Origin: Lama glama
Taxonomy: Eukaryota
Direction of reading: 5' to 3'
Length of the DNA stretch: 64,000 nt
NCBI GenBank assembly: GCA_028534125.1
Contig: CM052818.1
Location: 35,156,001-35,220,000, forward strand
In this document: in pieces, positions 49,901-59,132 of the stretch
Position numbering within the stretch: the stretch's first letter is position 1
Layout of the letters: each line of letters starts with the position of its first letter
Translations under genes and position numbers: made by a program
The notes under the pieces: model-generated
What the model saw: the letters and a program-made list of their open reading frames with translations, nothing else
Database searches by the model: none
What the model was told of the DNA's origin: nothing

Positions 49901-52900
49901 TAACTATAACTATGGAATTTATGGTGTGTGTGTGTGTGTATGTGTATGTGTATATGTATATGTGTGTATATATATATGTGTATATATGTATATATATATG
50001 TATCTGTAGCTGTGGAATTCTGTGTAACAGTCAAAAAAAGTGAAATAGATCTGTATGTACATATGTGGAAAGAGGTGCATAGTATATACCCATTTTCCTC
50101 CCTCCTAAGAGATAACCTCTGTTTTGAATTTAGTGCCTAGTATTTCCATTCATGTTTCTGTATTTTTATTACACATATGCATGTGACCATTAAAATATAT
50201 AGCATTATTTCTCATGTTTTTAACTTCATCAGAAGAGCATCAGAGTACATGTATCCTCTTGCATCTTCTTTTATTCTCTTACACTTTGTAAAATGATCTC
50301 CATGTCTATATGGTTATTTTCAGTGCCATATAAAATTCAATTCTATTAATATACCACATTATTATTGGTATTGACATTCAACTTGTTCCTAATTTTCTAT
50401 TTTCCTAACAAAGCTTTAGTGGACTTTCTGGCACAGGTCATCTTGTGCAGTCTGGTTTTTCTAGGGTATATTTTAATTTTAATTAAAAATTTTTTAATGG
50501 AGGTACTGGAAATTGAACCTAGGACCTCATGCATGCTAAACATGCTCTCTACTGCTGAGCTAGACCTGTGGAATTCCTGAGTCCAGAGGTTGTGCATTTC
50601 TTAGAGTTTGCTAAGTTGCTCTCCAAGGGGGCTTTACTACTTCATACTCCCACCAAAAGTGTGTGAGCCTTACTGTGTATTCACATCTTCATTTATACGG
50701 AATAGTTTACTTTTGATTCTCTTATCGAGCAACAGAACTCTTAACAAGTTGTGAAGATGGGAATATACACTGCCAGCTAAGGCTACTGAGAAAGGGAATT
50801 CTGTCCATGTCATCAAACTGATATTTCTTAGGGCAAACCAATACTCAGTGCAGCATTTTCCCCTGTCGTATATACTGTGAAGAGTGCCAACCCCCCCACA
50901 AAATGGGACGCTTTCCACCCAGGGTAGATTGATATCATAGCTCAATTAGCAGCCAAGTTTGGCCTTGAGCTCTGTTTTTGCTTACACACATTCGCAACTC
51001 TTTCAGTTATAACTTATTTATGCTTAATGTTGCAGTTGTTTGTATTTTAAAGGTACCCCTCCACCGCCAGGGTTGGTATGTGTGCAACCATAAATACTCT
51101 ATTGGCTGTTGTGGCGTAGCTAGGAATGGCTGTCTACTGATGTTGAATTCCAACAAATCTGTATTCTTTTTTCTCCCCCCCGGAAAGGAAGCTAAAACTA
51201 TTTGGTGCTCAATGGAACACACCGCTGTTCTTTACACAGCTCCTACCTTAGATGTTGTTGAATCAGTTGAGATAGCAGTGGTTTGTATTTTGTGGCTTAA
51301 GAGGTTGTAATTTATAAGTATGTTTCAGAAGCTGTATGTGAACTAGTTACATATTACTCTACCTAGCTGCATTTTCTTAACTGTCAGAGAGCTCATACTC
51401 TCACATCTTGGAAGAGTAACAAAAATTATATGGATTCCTTTTCTCTCATGTATTAATCAGTCAAAATTATAGCTTTACAAATTAAGTTAAACTGGAGCTT
51501 AGCAATTATATATATATTTTTTTACTTTCTAAAGCAGTTATTCGGAAGCCTTTTAAAATAATATTTTATAAGATATATTATAGCATTTTCAAAATAAATT
51601 TTTAATAAACTTTAATAAACAAAATAAGAACTAGGAATTCCATTTCAGGGTGGGAGACTGAGGACATGCTGTCACCTTTCCATCCTGCCCCAGATGCTTA
51701 GAAATGATAGATCAGAATTTTAAAACTGATCTGAAAGAAAACTAGAGGGGAAGAAAAGAAGGGAAGCCCACAGCAGGTCCCAGATGTGAAGAACCCCTAC
51801 AAAAAGTAGATGGAGTCAGTTTGCAAAAGAAAGTCTTGGTTGTAAACAAGGGCAGGAAAGCATTGTTGCTTAGGATAGGAATAACATCTAGAGTGTTCCT
51901 GCTCGGAAATAGTTGATGTGGGCAATTGAATGGGGCTCAGGGCAAATGGCAGAGTGACTCTGGTACTGTAGCATGGTGTTGGCGGTGTCTTGGGCAGATG
52001 TAGTGTATATAGGACCTTGGGCTGGAGAGAGAGAGCTGGGGTCCAGGTTCTTGGTGAATTCCTGGGGAATAGGGATCCCGTATTCATAAGACTAGCTACA
52101 AAGCTTTTCCATGAGGTGGTACCTTCTGTCCCTCCTTCACTCTCACTGAAAACACGTCCCACTTCTCCCCTTGAAGTAGGCAGTGCACACACAGTAGATG
52201 TCTTAACAGGGAGCCTTGACTAGGAAGATGAGCACTTCACTAAAAATCACCAGAAACAACCGTGCAGAGGAGATAGCAGAAGAGTTTATTTTGGATGTAG
52301 GATTAATAGATGAGCAGAACTAGATTGTAAAATATGAGTAGTTGAACTCTTGGAGAGATATGAGCAGTTATTTTATCTACCAAAGATAACTGTTGATCTG
52401 GAAATTAACATTTTGATTGTCAAAATAAGAAATTTATTAGATGGGCTGATGAATAGTGTCTGCAGCTTAAGAGCAGGTCTGTGCACTGGATACTAGAGCA
52501 GAGAAGTATTCCTAAGCCATCACAGAAGAATAGAGTAATGGAGAAAAAAAACTAAGGCCTGGAAGACAGACTGTGGAGTGCCATCTGATAACAGTTCTAG
52601 AAAGAGGCTAAAGAAAATGCAGGGAAATGATATTTAAAGAAGTAATAGATCCAGTTTCAAGATGATTGAACAAACACTCTCTCTTCCTCTTGCACCAAAC
52701 CCATAGAGATGATAGAACATTAAGTTTGATTAATAAATTCCCTTTCAAGGTTGAAAGAAAAAGAATATTCTAGACCTGAAGCCATAAGATATCTTTAAGC
52801 AAAGGAGAAGTTACAGAAAGGAGCTGCTTACACTGCACATTTGAGGCCATCACTACTGCCGGGGCCCTGAAGCTACTCTGCTGATTTTGTCAGAACAGAT

Positions 52901-55900
52901 TCAGCATGAGGCCCCCAGCCAAGAGGCCACTATTGGCTAAGATGGCATGTGAACAGTCCTGTGGGAGATGGTTGCATGACCATGAAAACCTAGAGGAAGC
53001 ATAACACAATGAAATTCAAACAGCAAGACTACACTCTAGGGAACAGAACAGTCAGAAAGAAACTTTAAAAATAGGTCAATTTAATTTCCTTAGAGGACCA
53101 AGGATAGACTTTCATGCTTAATATAAGAGGTGGAGGTTATGAAACTATAAACAGTAATGAAAATGAAAAACGTATTTGTTGAACAAACCCATTTGGATGG
53201 GCTGCATAGCAGAGTGGGTACAGCTAAAGAACAGATTATTGAACTGAAAGATCAGGGCGAGAAATTCTGAAACTCAGCATCAAGAGATAAGAGTATGAAA
53301 CAAAGGTCAAAGCATTAAGATTCATGTGGAAGTTCCAGTATTTCTCTAATAGGAGTTGCAAGTAAAGAAAATTGACAAGAGACAATGTTTGAAGAAATCA
53401 TGTATTAAAAATTTCCAAAACTGAAAAGGTATGAGCTGTTAGGTAGAAAGTCTCCTAACTGAAGAGGAATACATTTTAGTACGTATAACTGAATCACTGT
53501 GCTGCACACCAGAAACTACAACATTGTAACTCAGCTGTACTTCAATTAAAAAAACAGTTTAAAAAAAAGAATACATTTTAAAAAGAACACAAGTCAACAC
53601 CTACGTAAGTCCTAGTGATAATGATGAAGAGGAATTCCTAGGAGACACAAGAGAGAAAAGAAGGATGATCTACCAAAGAATAAGAATCCAAATGACATTA
53701 GACAATCAGTGGTTTTAAGAAACAACAGCAGAATGTCTTCAAGGTGCTGAGAGAAAATAAATCTGAACTTAGAATTCTGTTCTCACCAAAGCTGCCTTTC
53801 AACATCATGGACACTACAATAACATTTTCAGAATTTAAAAACTTTGAAAGCCCTTTGCTGAAAGAACTATTTAAAGATACATGCAGTAAGAAAAAAAAAA
53901 TGAAGCAAGAGGTAGTAATGGGATTTAAGACAAAAAAGGAAGCAGAGAAACCAGAAAAACAATGTTAAATCTAAATAAATACTGATTGTAAAATATATGA
54001 CGATTTTTAGTAAGATGTAACCTGAATCAGCAAAAATAGCAACATGGAATTTGTGGCTAGATGGAGTGAAAAGGGGAATTAAAAACACACTAAAGATTTC
54101 AGGAGGAGGATAATATAATGTAATTAACTCTAACTTGTAAGAAAATATAATTTTAATTTTAAACATGCATTAAAAGTTTGAGTAACAACTGGAAGGATTA
54201 GATATAAAACTTCAAAACCATTAGAAAAAAAATGTAGCAAAAACAACTTTGACCAATCCAATAGAAGATGGGAAAATAGAAAATCATGGTAAAATAGAAA
54301 ACATAAAATAAGTTGCTAGGAATACATTTAAACATACACAGCAGTAATTAAAGTAAATGAAAATGAATTAAACTTACCTACTAAAAATGTGAAAAACTCA
54401 AATTTAACAAAGTAACAAAAACCACATGCTATTTTAGAGATGGATACGAACAGTTGATGATTAAGGGATGAAAAAGGTAGTATAAAATATTAATATGAGA
54501 CAAAACAAGGCAAACAACATTGGAAGGGGCAAAGATGGAGAATTTAAAATGCTAAAAATAGTTTATAAGAGTTGATATCAGTTGTGAGCCTGTTTGTCCT
54601 GCTCATGATAACACTGAGTGTATATATATGTGTGTGTGTATGTATATGTGTGTATGTATGTGTATGTGTGTGTGTGTGTATATATATATGTATACACAAA
54701 CATATATATATATATCTGCCTGCAAAGCTTATTCCCCAAATGTCTACATGCCTCACTCCCTCACCTCCTTCTTCCTTTCCTCAGAATGGAGCCTTGCCTG
54801 AGCACATACAGTAAGATTAGAAATCAACAACATAAAGAAAAAAATATCCTTGTATACGTGTCTGAAGTTTAAAGAGAAAATAAACCTCTAAAATTATGGG
54901 ATAAAGGTAATTGATAATCAAAATGATCAATATTAAATGACTATTAAAATAATGAGGACAATCTAGGAGGATCTCTCTGTGACCTCAGGGAGGGGAATAT
55001 ATCTTAAGATACAAAAGGCACAAAATATGAAAGAAAAGATTACTAAATTGGGACTACTGTATATTTAAAGATGACTATTCATCAAAAGCAATACAGTGAA
55101 AAATAAACCTTAAAATGATAAGTTGTTCATAAGATTTAACTTTTGTAGGGTTAAAATACAAAAAATTTCAAGTACTCTTACTAAATCAGTAAGAGTAAAC
55201 AAGCCCAGTGAAACACTATGCCAAAGCCAGGAAGAGGCACTTCACAGACGAGGAAACACAAATGGCCCGTGAACATTGGAAAAGGTGCTCAGTCTTTCTA
55301 GTAATAAGGGAATTACAAATTCAAACCACAATAACATTTATCACCCACCAGATTGGCAAATGTTAGATGTCTGACCGTAACCAGGGTTGGCCAGAACACA
55401 GTCAGGAAGTCCCTCGCACAGCTGATGGGAGTGGAAATTAGTGTAACCACTTTGTAAAAACAAGTTGGCAGTGCCTGGTAAAACTGAACGTGTATAACTT
55501 ATGAGCCAATAATTCCACTCTTAGGAAATTCTTTCACATAGCCACCAGGAGACATGGACAAGAAAGTTTTATAGCCTTATTGTGACTGAGTCGGAAAAAA
55601 TGGAAACAACCCAAATGTTCATCAGCACTGGAATGGCTGTATAAATTATGATGTAGTTAAGCAATGAAGTACAGTCAAGCAGGGAAAAAATGAGTTACAG
55701 TTATATGTATCAACATGGATTAACTGTAACATAATTTTGAGTATAAGAAGCAAGTTGCAGAAAAAATATTTGTCTATATAGGTTTTACACATATATTAAA
55801 TAAATCATGTATTATTTATAGTACATAATTGCTAAAATAATAAAGTTGGGGAAATGATTAATACAAAATACCAGGAGAGGAGCAGGTGTGGAAGGGGTGG

Positions 55901-58900
55901 GGTGTGTTAGATAAGGGCCCACAGTGAGGCTTCAAAGTGACGGTAATGGTCTATTTCTCAGCCATAGTAGTGGGTAATGGGTATTTGTTCTGTCACTTTT
56001 TAGACTGTACACACACATTTTATCCACTTTTTGATGTATTTTTTAAAAATGTAACTTGCAATATTTATAAGAGATTTTGAAATTAGGTAAAGTGGATTAA
56101 AGTACTGAAAATGCGCTAAGATTGAAAATCATCGCCTGAGTGGAGGAGATCTGATTTTCTAGGTGCACGTCTCCCCTTATACGTGTTAGGGTTCAAGTAA
56201 GGGGAGACGTAGGTGCCAAGACCTAAGGGAACATCTCTGGCCTAGTAGCTTAAATGCAGTGAAGTGTGGGAGCCCCCAGTCCCTACACCTGGATTATTTT
56301 TCTTTCTCCCCCACTCCCTTCACTTCCGTAAATATTTAGTGACCGACTACCAAGTCCTGGGCGTTGTCTTAGGGCCCGAGTAGCCAGAAGAGGTAATGTC
56401 CCTTCCTTGGTACATATTTATAGTAGTTTTGAACTCTTGCTTACAGGCTTTACTAATCTCAGTTTCCTGACCTGGCTCCACAATGAAATTCACTTCAGAC
56501 CCGTCTCCTAATTCACTCGTTGAGACCTTTTTAAGGAAATCATTTGTCTATTTAGACAACCTAATTGAATGCATTATCTGTAAAATCTTCAGGGTATCCT
56601 TTTTGGTTTGATCCTAACCCTTAGTTAATTCCTGTATATATTTATTTTCAGTCTTTTTCCGCTTCCTCCTTCCCATACATATCAAGCATCTCATGATGTT
56701 TGGAATTAGCTTTGATGTGTTGATTTTATTTTCCTGTCTATATTTTTGAGACTTGAAATGGGATCTAATCTTAAACCTTGACTTAGAGCAGTATTTTCGA
56801 AGGCACGACAAGCATGCTGCTGGAGAATATTAGGTGGTATGAGGGAAAACATTTTTTATTTTAACAGTCTTAATGTTTATTGTAAAATACACATTTTCGT
56901 GGCCTGTGATTTCATGGCTGGTGTTACTCAGGATGCAGCTAAACTAGTCTGTGTGATAATCTATCTCACATAGACTGCATGAATTAGTGGCCCAGGTGGT
57001 TCTCAGATATAGCAAAAAATCAGGAACTGAATACATGGGTTACAGATGTAGTGTTTAGTTGTAAAGGTGAATTAGGATATTCATTGGTGTCCTCTGATTG
57101 TCTCCTACTCATATCATAACCCTCAAAAAATTAAGCTTATGTGGTTTAGTCAGGAAAAAGCAATCTAGAAAATTCATCTCTGTAAATAATTTGTTCAAAT
57201 AACATATTCTTGTTGGAGATGAGGTTCTGGAAATACACAGATGAATAAAGTATAGCTCCTACCCTTCAAGAGCACAGATCTAACAGAGATAGGCACATAA
57301 ATTTAAAAGTTCAGTATTGTATTGGAACCGGGCAACAGGGAAAATTTGTACTTGGCAAGTGGGTAGCGTGGAAAGGTGGGTACCAACTTACGAAACAGTG
57401 AGGAAAGTCTTCAGAGAGGCAGGGAGACAAGTAGTCTTCAGAGGTGAGCAAAAAACTTACAAAGAGGTAGATTGGGAAAGGGAGACCTCGGAAAGGCACG
57501 TGCCAAGGTACAGTGATCGAAGAGAGCATGGTGCATTGGGTTAACTGAGCAGCTTGTTTATGCTGATGTGCGGAGAAGGGTGTGGAGGGAGGCAGGAGCC
57601 TGGTAGAGAAGCTCTTGAATATGATAGAATTTGATAGTATGTGTTTAGATCTTAGTCTATAAATGGTAATCAGCCTCTGAAGGATTTTAAGTAGAAGACT
57701 GACACGATGTCTGGGGTCTTGTAGAAGATGGAATAAAGGAGGAAGAATCAGGGTCACGTTACAGTTGGTTGCTGAGCAAAGGGACCATGGAGAACAGTTG
57801 TGGGGAAGTTCAGAATTTCTGTTTTGTTTAGCTTCATATGATTTTCAGGAAATTAGATTACTTACAGATTTTTCCCAGAATTTAATGTGTTGAAGGGGAT
57901 AGTGGTAGGTGATTAGGAGCCAATATATGAAGTTTCTGAAAAAGTTGGTATTATTCAGTCTGTTAGAAGCAAGGTATTAATTAACTTTCCCTATATAGTC
58001 TTAAAGGTAAACAGACTTTTACTTACTTTGTGTTAAAATACACAGGTAAGCAGCATATAAAACTGGAGATGTGCTATTGATGAGACACACAGCTGCAAAC
58101 AAGTTCCATTTTCCAGTAAGAGTGGTACATATGGTAACGCACTACTGAGGCAGAAAACTGAAATATTTATACTTTTTTGCAATTAGTATCCTGCCAAGGA
58201 AATCTCAGACAACAGCGTTATTTAAAGGGAAGTGGGTGGTCAATAAAATAAGTATATAAAGAACTTCCTTTAAATATGGGTTTCGTATTCTGCATAACTT
58301 AGTGGTGGCGTATTGTTTACTTTTGTGCATATTTATTGTTAAACCTGAGGCCTGATAGTCTTGGATTTGGTGTGTACTGTTCTCCCTTCCCGAGTAATGT
58401 ATTAGTATGCCAACTTATTTTTGTACCTTCAGCATATCATAATTTAGAGTCACAGATCTGATGCTTACTGCTTGCGTGTGTGAGGACACACATTTGTATC
58501 TGGATACATAGCCAGACCCTTAACACAAAATGTTCTGTTTCACATTTATTTGAGGAATACTCTCTTAGTATCTTAGTCAGCTAATTGGCTAACATTCAAG
58601 AGCCATGAGCTTTCAGCATTATCTTAACCTTTTAGTATTTCAGTCCAGCAAAAATTTTTGACTCTGATCAAAATTAACTATAACTTTTAACCAAGAATGA
58701 TCCAGAAGCATAAAAAGAGGGGGTTCCTGCAAAAAGCACAAAGAAATGCTCAAAAGGAAAGTTAACACTAACTGGATAGTGTGACTGCAGAGTAGAAATG
58801 AGGAAGCTGAGCACAGAAATGAAGGGCTACAAATGACCTCAGAACAACTGCAGGTTCCTTTCTGCAAGGCTCAATTAAGTTGACTGTAGTGCCACTTAGT

Positions 58901-59132
58901 TTGTATCTGAAAAGATGTTTTCTACAGCTCTTGTCACTAAGTAAAAATTCTTTTTCGTTCTTTTGAAAATTCCGTTCCTGATTTCCTTATTTTCTGCCTT
59001 GACACAGAAATCCCCTGCAAAGAAGCTGAGCCATGCAATTAGTAAATCCTTGGGGTGCGTACCCACCAGAGAACCCCCGCATCCTGTTTTTCCTGAGCAA
59101 CCAGAGAAACCACTTGACCTTGCAAATATAGT
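2388..59132 (+). CDS. DTNB: Beta-dystrobrevin, partial multi-exon CDS (7 internal exons, about residues 23-334); start and stop lie outside the window
   Basis: Exons of 81, 214, 86, 155, 106, 167 and 125 nt join in compatible phases into one stop-free frame: [44 protein letters not shown]...[46 protein letters not shown]...[80 protein letters not shown]...[47 protein letters not shown] recognise this as beta- rather than alpha-dystrobrevin. Confidence 0.97.
3250..3457. mobile_element. hAT/Charlie-type MITE
   Basis: Terminal inverted repeats cagtgtttttcaaa ... tttgaaaaccgctg (12/14 match), followed by tcctagag, which resembles the Charlie target site. Confidence 0.7.
3590..4930 (-). mobile_element. 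Old degenerate LINE-1 fragments
   Basis: Antisense L1 ORF2 motifs (gtttattgaaaagatcattc, gaatctgtggatcaagttgggaagaat, atttgttgagattacctttatg). Confidence 0.75.
4934..5423 (-). mobile_element. ERV1 solo LTR, MER34-like
   Basis: The reverse complement starts tgaaagatagcagaatatgtcccctaaaatatgccactctggcataaggattagtttgagctaaag, matching the MER34-family 5' end as I recall it. Near 4-bp TSD ctgt/ctat. Confidence 0.75.
5519..5732 (+). CDS. DTNB: DTNB coding exon (probably exon 4), 214 nt, EF-hand-like region; GC donor
   Basis: Acceptor tgttctag|TC; encodes [70 protein letters not shown]. The frame requires the end GACAG|gctagt (AG + T of the next exon = Ser). Confidence 0.95.
6310..6540 (+). mobile_element. 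MIR SINE, degenerate
   Basis: cttcattttttctctctgtgcaaaatgag core with a MIR-like 3' end. Confidence 0.55.
6856..6986 (-). mobile_element. Camelid tRNA-derived SINE (Vic-1 type)
   Basis: ggaggtactggggattgaacccaggacctcatgcacgctaggc...accactgagct is the reverse complement of a tRNA head with A and B boxes; AT-rich tail. Confidence 0.85.
8084..8583. other. Assembly gap (500 N)
   Basis: Run of exactly 500 N, which suggests a placeholder size. Confidence 0.99.
8620..8760 (-). mobile_element. Camelid tRNA-derived SINE (Vic-1 type) inserted in L1
   Basis: gggattgaacccaggacctcatgcatgctaagcatg; TSD tctgggttgtgattttt / tctaggttgtggttttt. Confidence 0.88.
8761..9540 (-). mobile_element. LINE-1 ORF2 fragment
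   Basis: tcagaataatgctggcctcacaaaagaattgggaagtgttcc; ctggctagaggtttatcaat; tcaaagaaccagcttttggtttcatt. Confidence 0.88.
10545..11010 (-). mobile_element. Possible old ERVL/MaLR LTR (LTR33-like)
   Basis: tccatcagagttcttaggtgtaagcaatagg...ctctggctaattta and gggtgcatcttattggtggagc resemble old ERVL LTR ends. Confidence 0.45.
12469..12554 (+). CDS. DTNB: DTNB coding exon (probably exon 5), 86 nt
   Basis: Acceptor ttttgcag|T, donor AGAT|gtaagt; encodes [28 protein letters not shown]. Confidence 0.96.
13195..13400 (-). mobile_element. MIR SINE
   Basis: ccaagcattgtgctaggtgctttacat...ttttatgggtgagttaactgagg. Confidence 0.7.
13520..13730 (-). mobile_element. Old L1M 3' fragment
   Basis: ttgaagaaactgggtcatctgtcctgtag...tagaggcttcatcagattcaag...ggcaagattgcttcataggtg. 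Confidence 0.6.
17214..17372 (+). mobile_element. Camelid tRNA-derived SINE (Vic-1 type)
   Basis: gggagagggtacagctcaagtggtagagtgcatgcttagcatgcatgaagtcctgggttcaattcccagtacctcc; A-rich tail; TSD ccagggt on both sides. Confidence 0.9.
18310..18725 (-). mobile_element. Old MaLR (MLT1J/K-like) solo LTR
   Basis: gatttatttttctcaagtaaaaataagtccaaaggctggcaagttcaag...caaaagaggctgggaagt...gggcaccttgcagtgcccgccaca. Confidence 0.65.
19525..19815 (-). mobile_element. LINE-1 3' end, artiodactyl-type
   Basis: atagttgatttacagtattatgttggtttcag...ttccctgtgctgtacaata...ggtaaccactagtttgttctctgtatctgtgagtctg. Confidence 0.85.
19939..19984 (+). repeat. (TG)23 microsatellite
   Basis: Perfect TG run seen directly. 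Confidence 0.97.
20245..20760 (-). mobile_element. Old MaLR (MLT1J-like) solo LTR
   Basis: aagtttatttttctcttatataaaagaagtccagg...gtccaaggtgactgcgggaactccagcaatcatag...ttcctggaagtctctcacaacccttctgctta. Confidence 0.7.
21734..21888 (-). mobile_element. Camelid tRNA-derived SINE (Vic-1 type)
   Basis: ggaggtacaggggtttgaacccagggcctcgtgcatgctaagtatgtgctctaccacttgagctataccctcccc with a T-rich tail. Confidence 0.9.
22434..22588 (+). CDS. DTNB: DTNB coding exon (probably exon 6), 155 nt
   Basis: Acceptor gttctcatag|AT, donor CAG|gtaagg; encodes [51 protein letters not shown]. Confidence 0.96.
23297..23390 (+). mobile_element. Camelid tRNA-derived SINE, internally deleted or diverged
   Basis: gagggtacagttcagtgcttggcgtgtgcagggtcccgggttcaatcctcagtgcctc; TSD ttaaaactaatgggta / ttaaaacctagtgggta. 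Confidence 0.8.
29133..29748. mobile_element. hAT/Charlie non-autonomous DNA transposon (MER119-like) inserted in a MIR
   Basis: Ends caccagttctcaag ... tttgagaaccactg; 8-bp TSD ttctgtcc/ctctggcc (6/8); internal gaggatcccagagagtttttgtttatgtggattatatc. Confidence 0.75.
31650..32140. mobile_element. MIR and L2 fragments
   Basis: ctttagttttctcttctataaagtggga; tatttattcagcaattacttcctagtgcctgg; ccttcattatctcatctgtaaaagga. Confidence 0.6.
32322..32427 (+). CDS. DTNB: DTNB coding exon (probably exon 7), 106 nt
   Basis: Acceptor ttctcttcacag|AAA, donor ACG|gtaagc; encodes [35 protein letters not shown]. Confidence 0.96.
35131..35222 (+). mobile_element. Camelid tRNA-derived SINE (Vic-1 type)
   Basis: ggtagagctcatgcttagcatgcatggggtcctgggttcaatccccagtatctcc followed by an (A)nT tail. 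Confidence 0.85.
35601..35767 (+). CDS. DTNB: DTNB coding exon (probably exon 8), 167 nt, ZZ-type zinc finger
   Basis: Acceptor ctcctccaag|TC, donor TGG|gtaact; encodes [55 protein letters not shown], with three CxxC pairs plus His residues. Confidence 0.97.
35950..36135 (-). mobile_element. LINE-1 3' end fragment
   Basis: tacagtttttaaagattactttccacttacaggtattacaaaatattggg...gttctatctgtgagtctg. Confidence 0.7.
38270..40960 (-). mobile_element. L2 LINE 3' region, split by a MaLR insertion
   Basis: cattcattatttattcaaaagatattttttgagcacctactatgtcccaggcactg at 38280; L2 resumes at about 40345 (aaggactttggcttttactatgagttaaatg). Confidence 0.75.
38420..40345 (+). mobile_element. MaLR element with LTR - internal - LTR structure (MLT1-like)
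   Basis: Two similar LTR-like blocks (about 38420-38790 and 39990-40345) share tcttaccagcagaatgtg / tcttaccagtggaatctg. Between them is MLT-int-like sequence (cagtttggtaaatttgtcatctctggtaacttggaag) with a MER5-like MITE at about 39285-39405. Confidence 0.65.
41830..41843 (+). promoter_or_regulatory. Putative CTCF core motif
   Basis: CCAGCAGAGGGCAG fits the CTCF core consensus CCASYAGRKGGCRS; sequence match only. Confidence 0.4.
42774..42896. mobile_element. hAT-Blackjack MITE (MER94-like)
   Basis: tagagtgaccgtatcacttatcatataatcaggactcatttcagagtagaaggggacgctgttaat...gggattatcctgggtaaactg...tatggtc. Confidence 0.65.
42897..43477 (-). mobile_element. MaLR MLT1 solo LTR
   Basis: aataaccacaaacttagcagcttaaaaca...tttctgtaggtcagaagtc...gattagaccaggcccacccagggtaatctccc. 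Confidence 0.85.
44430..44712 (-). mobile_element. L2 3' end
   Basis: gcagacaccgttctaggtg...aagacaaagtctgtgccttcatggagcttacattcta. Confidence 0.7.
44715..46962 (+). mobile_element. LINE-1 ORF2 (reverse transcriptase to C-terminus), degenerate, with an L1 3'UTR fragment nested at about 46525-46740
   Basis: ttgataccaaaacca, aaactacagaccagtattcc, atgcaaggttggttcaacat, ctctatttgcaga, gtatatagaaaaccctaagga, ggactcacacttcctgatttcaaaactta; many stops and frameshifts. Confidence 0.92.
46961..47200 (-). mobile_element. L2 ORF2 fragment
   Basis: The reverse complement reads ctttcaccttcttgccc...gaaacctggctttccctggag...gcagccattcaagtggcagct, homologous to 42590-42725. Confidence 0.55.
48149..48306 (-). 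mobile_element. Camelid tRNA-derived SINE (Vic-1 type)
   Basis: ggaggtactggggtttgaacccaggacctcgtgcatgcgaagcacatgctctaccacttgagctataccctcc; perfect 15-bp TSD atattcattaccttt (48134-48148 and 48307-48321). Confidence 0.92.
49925..50002. repeat. Compound (TG)/(TA) microsatellite
   Basis: Alternating purine-pyrimidine run seen directly. Confidence 0.9.
50470..50562 (-). mobile_element. Camelid tRNA-derived SINE, truncated, inside an old antisense L1 3' fragment
   Basis: tttttaatggaggtactggaaattgaacctaggacctcatgcatgctaaacatgctctctactgctgagcta. Confidence 0.85.
51620..56050 (+). mobile_element. Cluster of very old sense LINE-1 fragments (5' region/ORF1 through ORF2 3' end and UTR)
   Basis: A-rich with L1 motifs (ttggatgggctgcatagcagagtggg, tgtcttcaaggtgctgagagaaaataa, aagaggcacttcacagacgaggaaacacaaatggcc, tggaaacaacccaaatgttcatca). 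A short young L1 tail at about 53480-53570 has TSD gaatacatttta. Confidence 0.7.
54617..54715. repeat. Compound (TG)/(TA) microsatellite
   Basis: Alternating purine-pyrimidine run seen directly. Confidence 0.9.
56161..56216. repeat. 44-bp inverted-repeat unit flanked by 6-bp direct repeats
   Basis: aggtgc|acgtctcccctta-18 nt-taaggggagacgt|aggtgc. Confidence 0.9.
57190..57730 (-). mobile_element. L2 fragment
   Basis: gatgaataaagtatagctcctacccttcaagagcacagatcta; ggaaagtcttcagagagg; gcctctgaaggattttaagtag. Confidence 0.65.
59008..59132 (+). CDS. DTNB: DTNB coding exon (probably exon 9), 125 nt
   Basis: Acceptor ccttgacacag|AAA, donor AGT|gtaagt; encodes [41 protein letters not shown]. Confidence 0.96.

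Noticed and set aside
49831..54872. CV/YI/HT-repeat ORFs
   Set aside because: Translations of TG/TA microsatellites.
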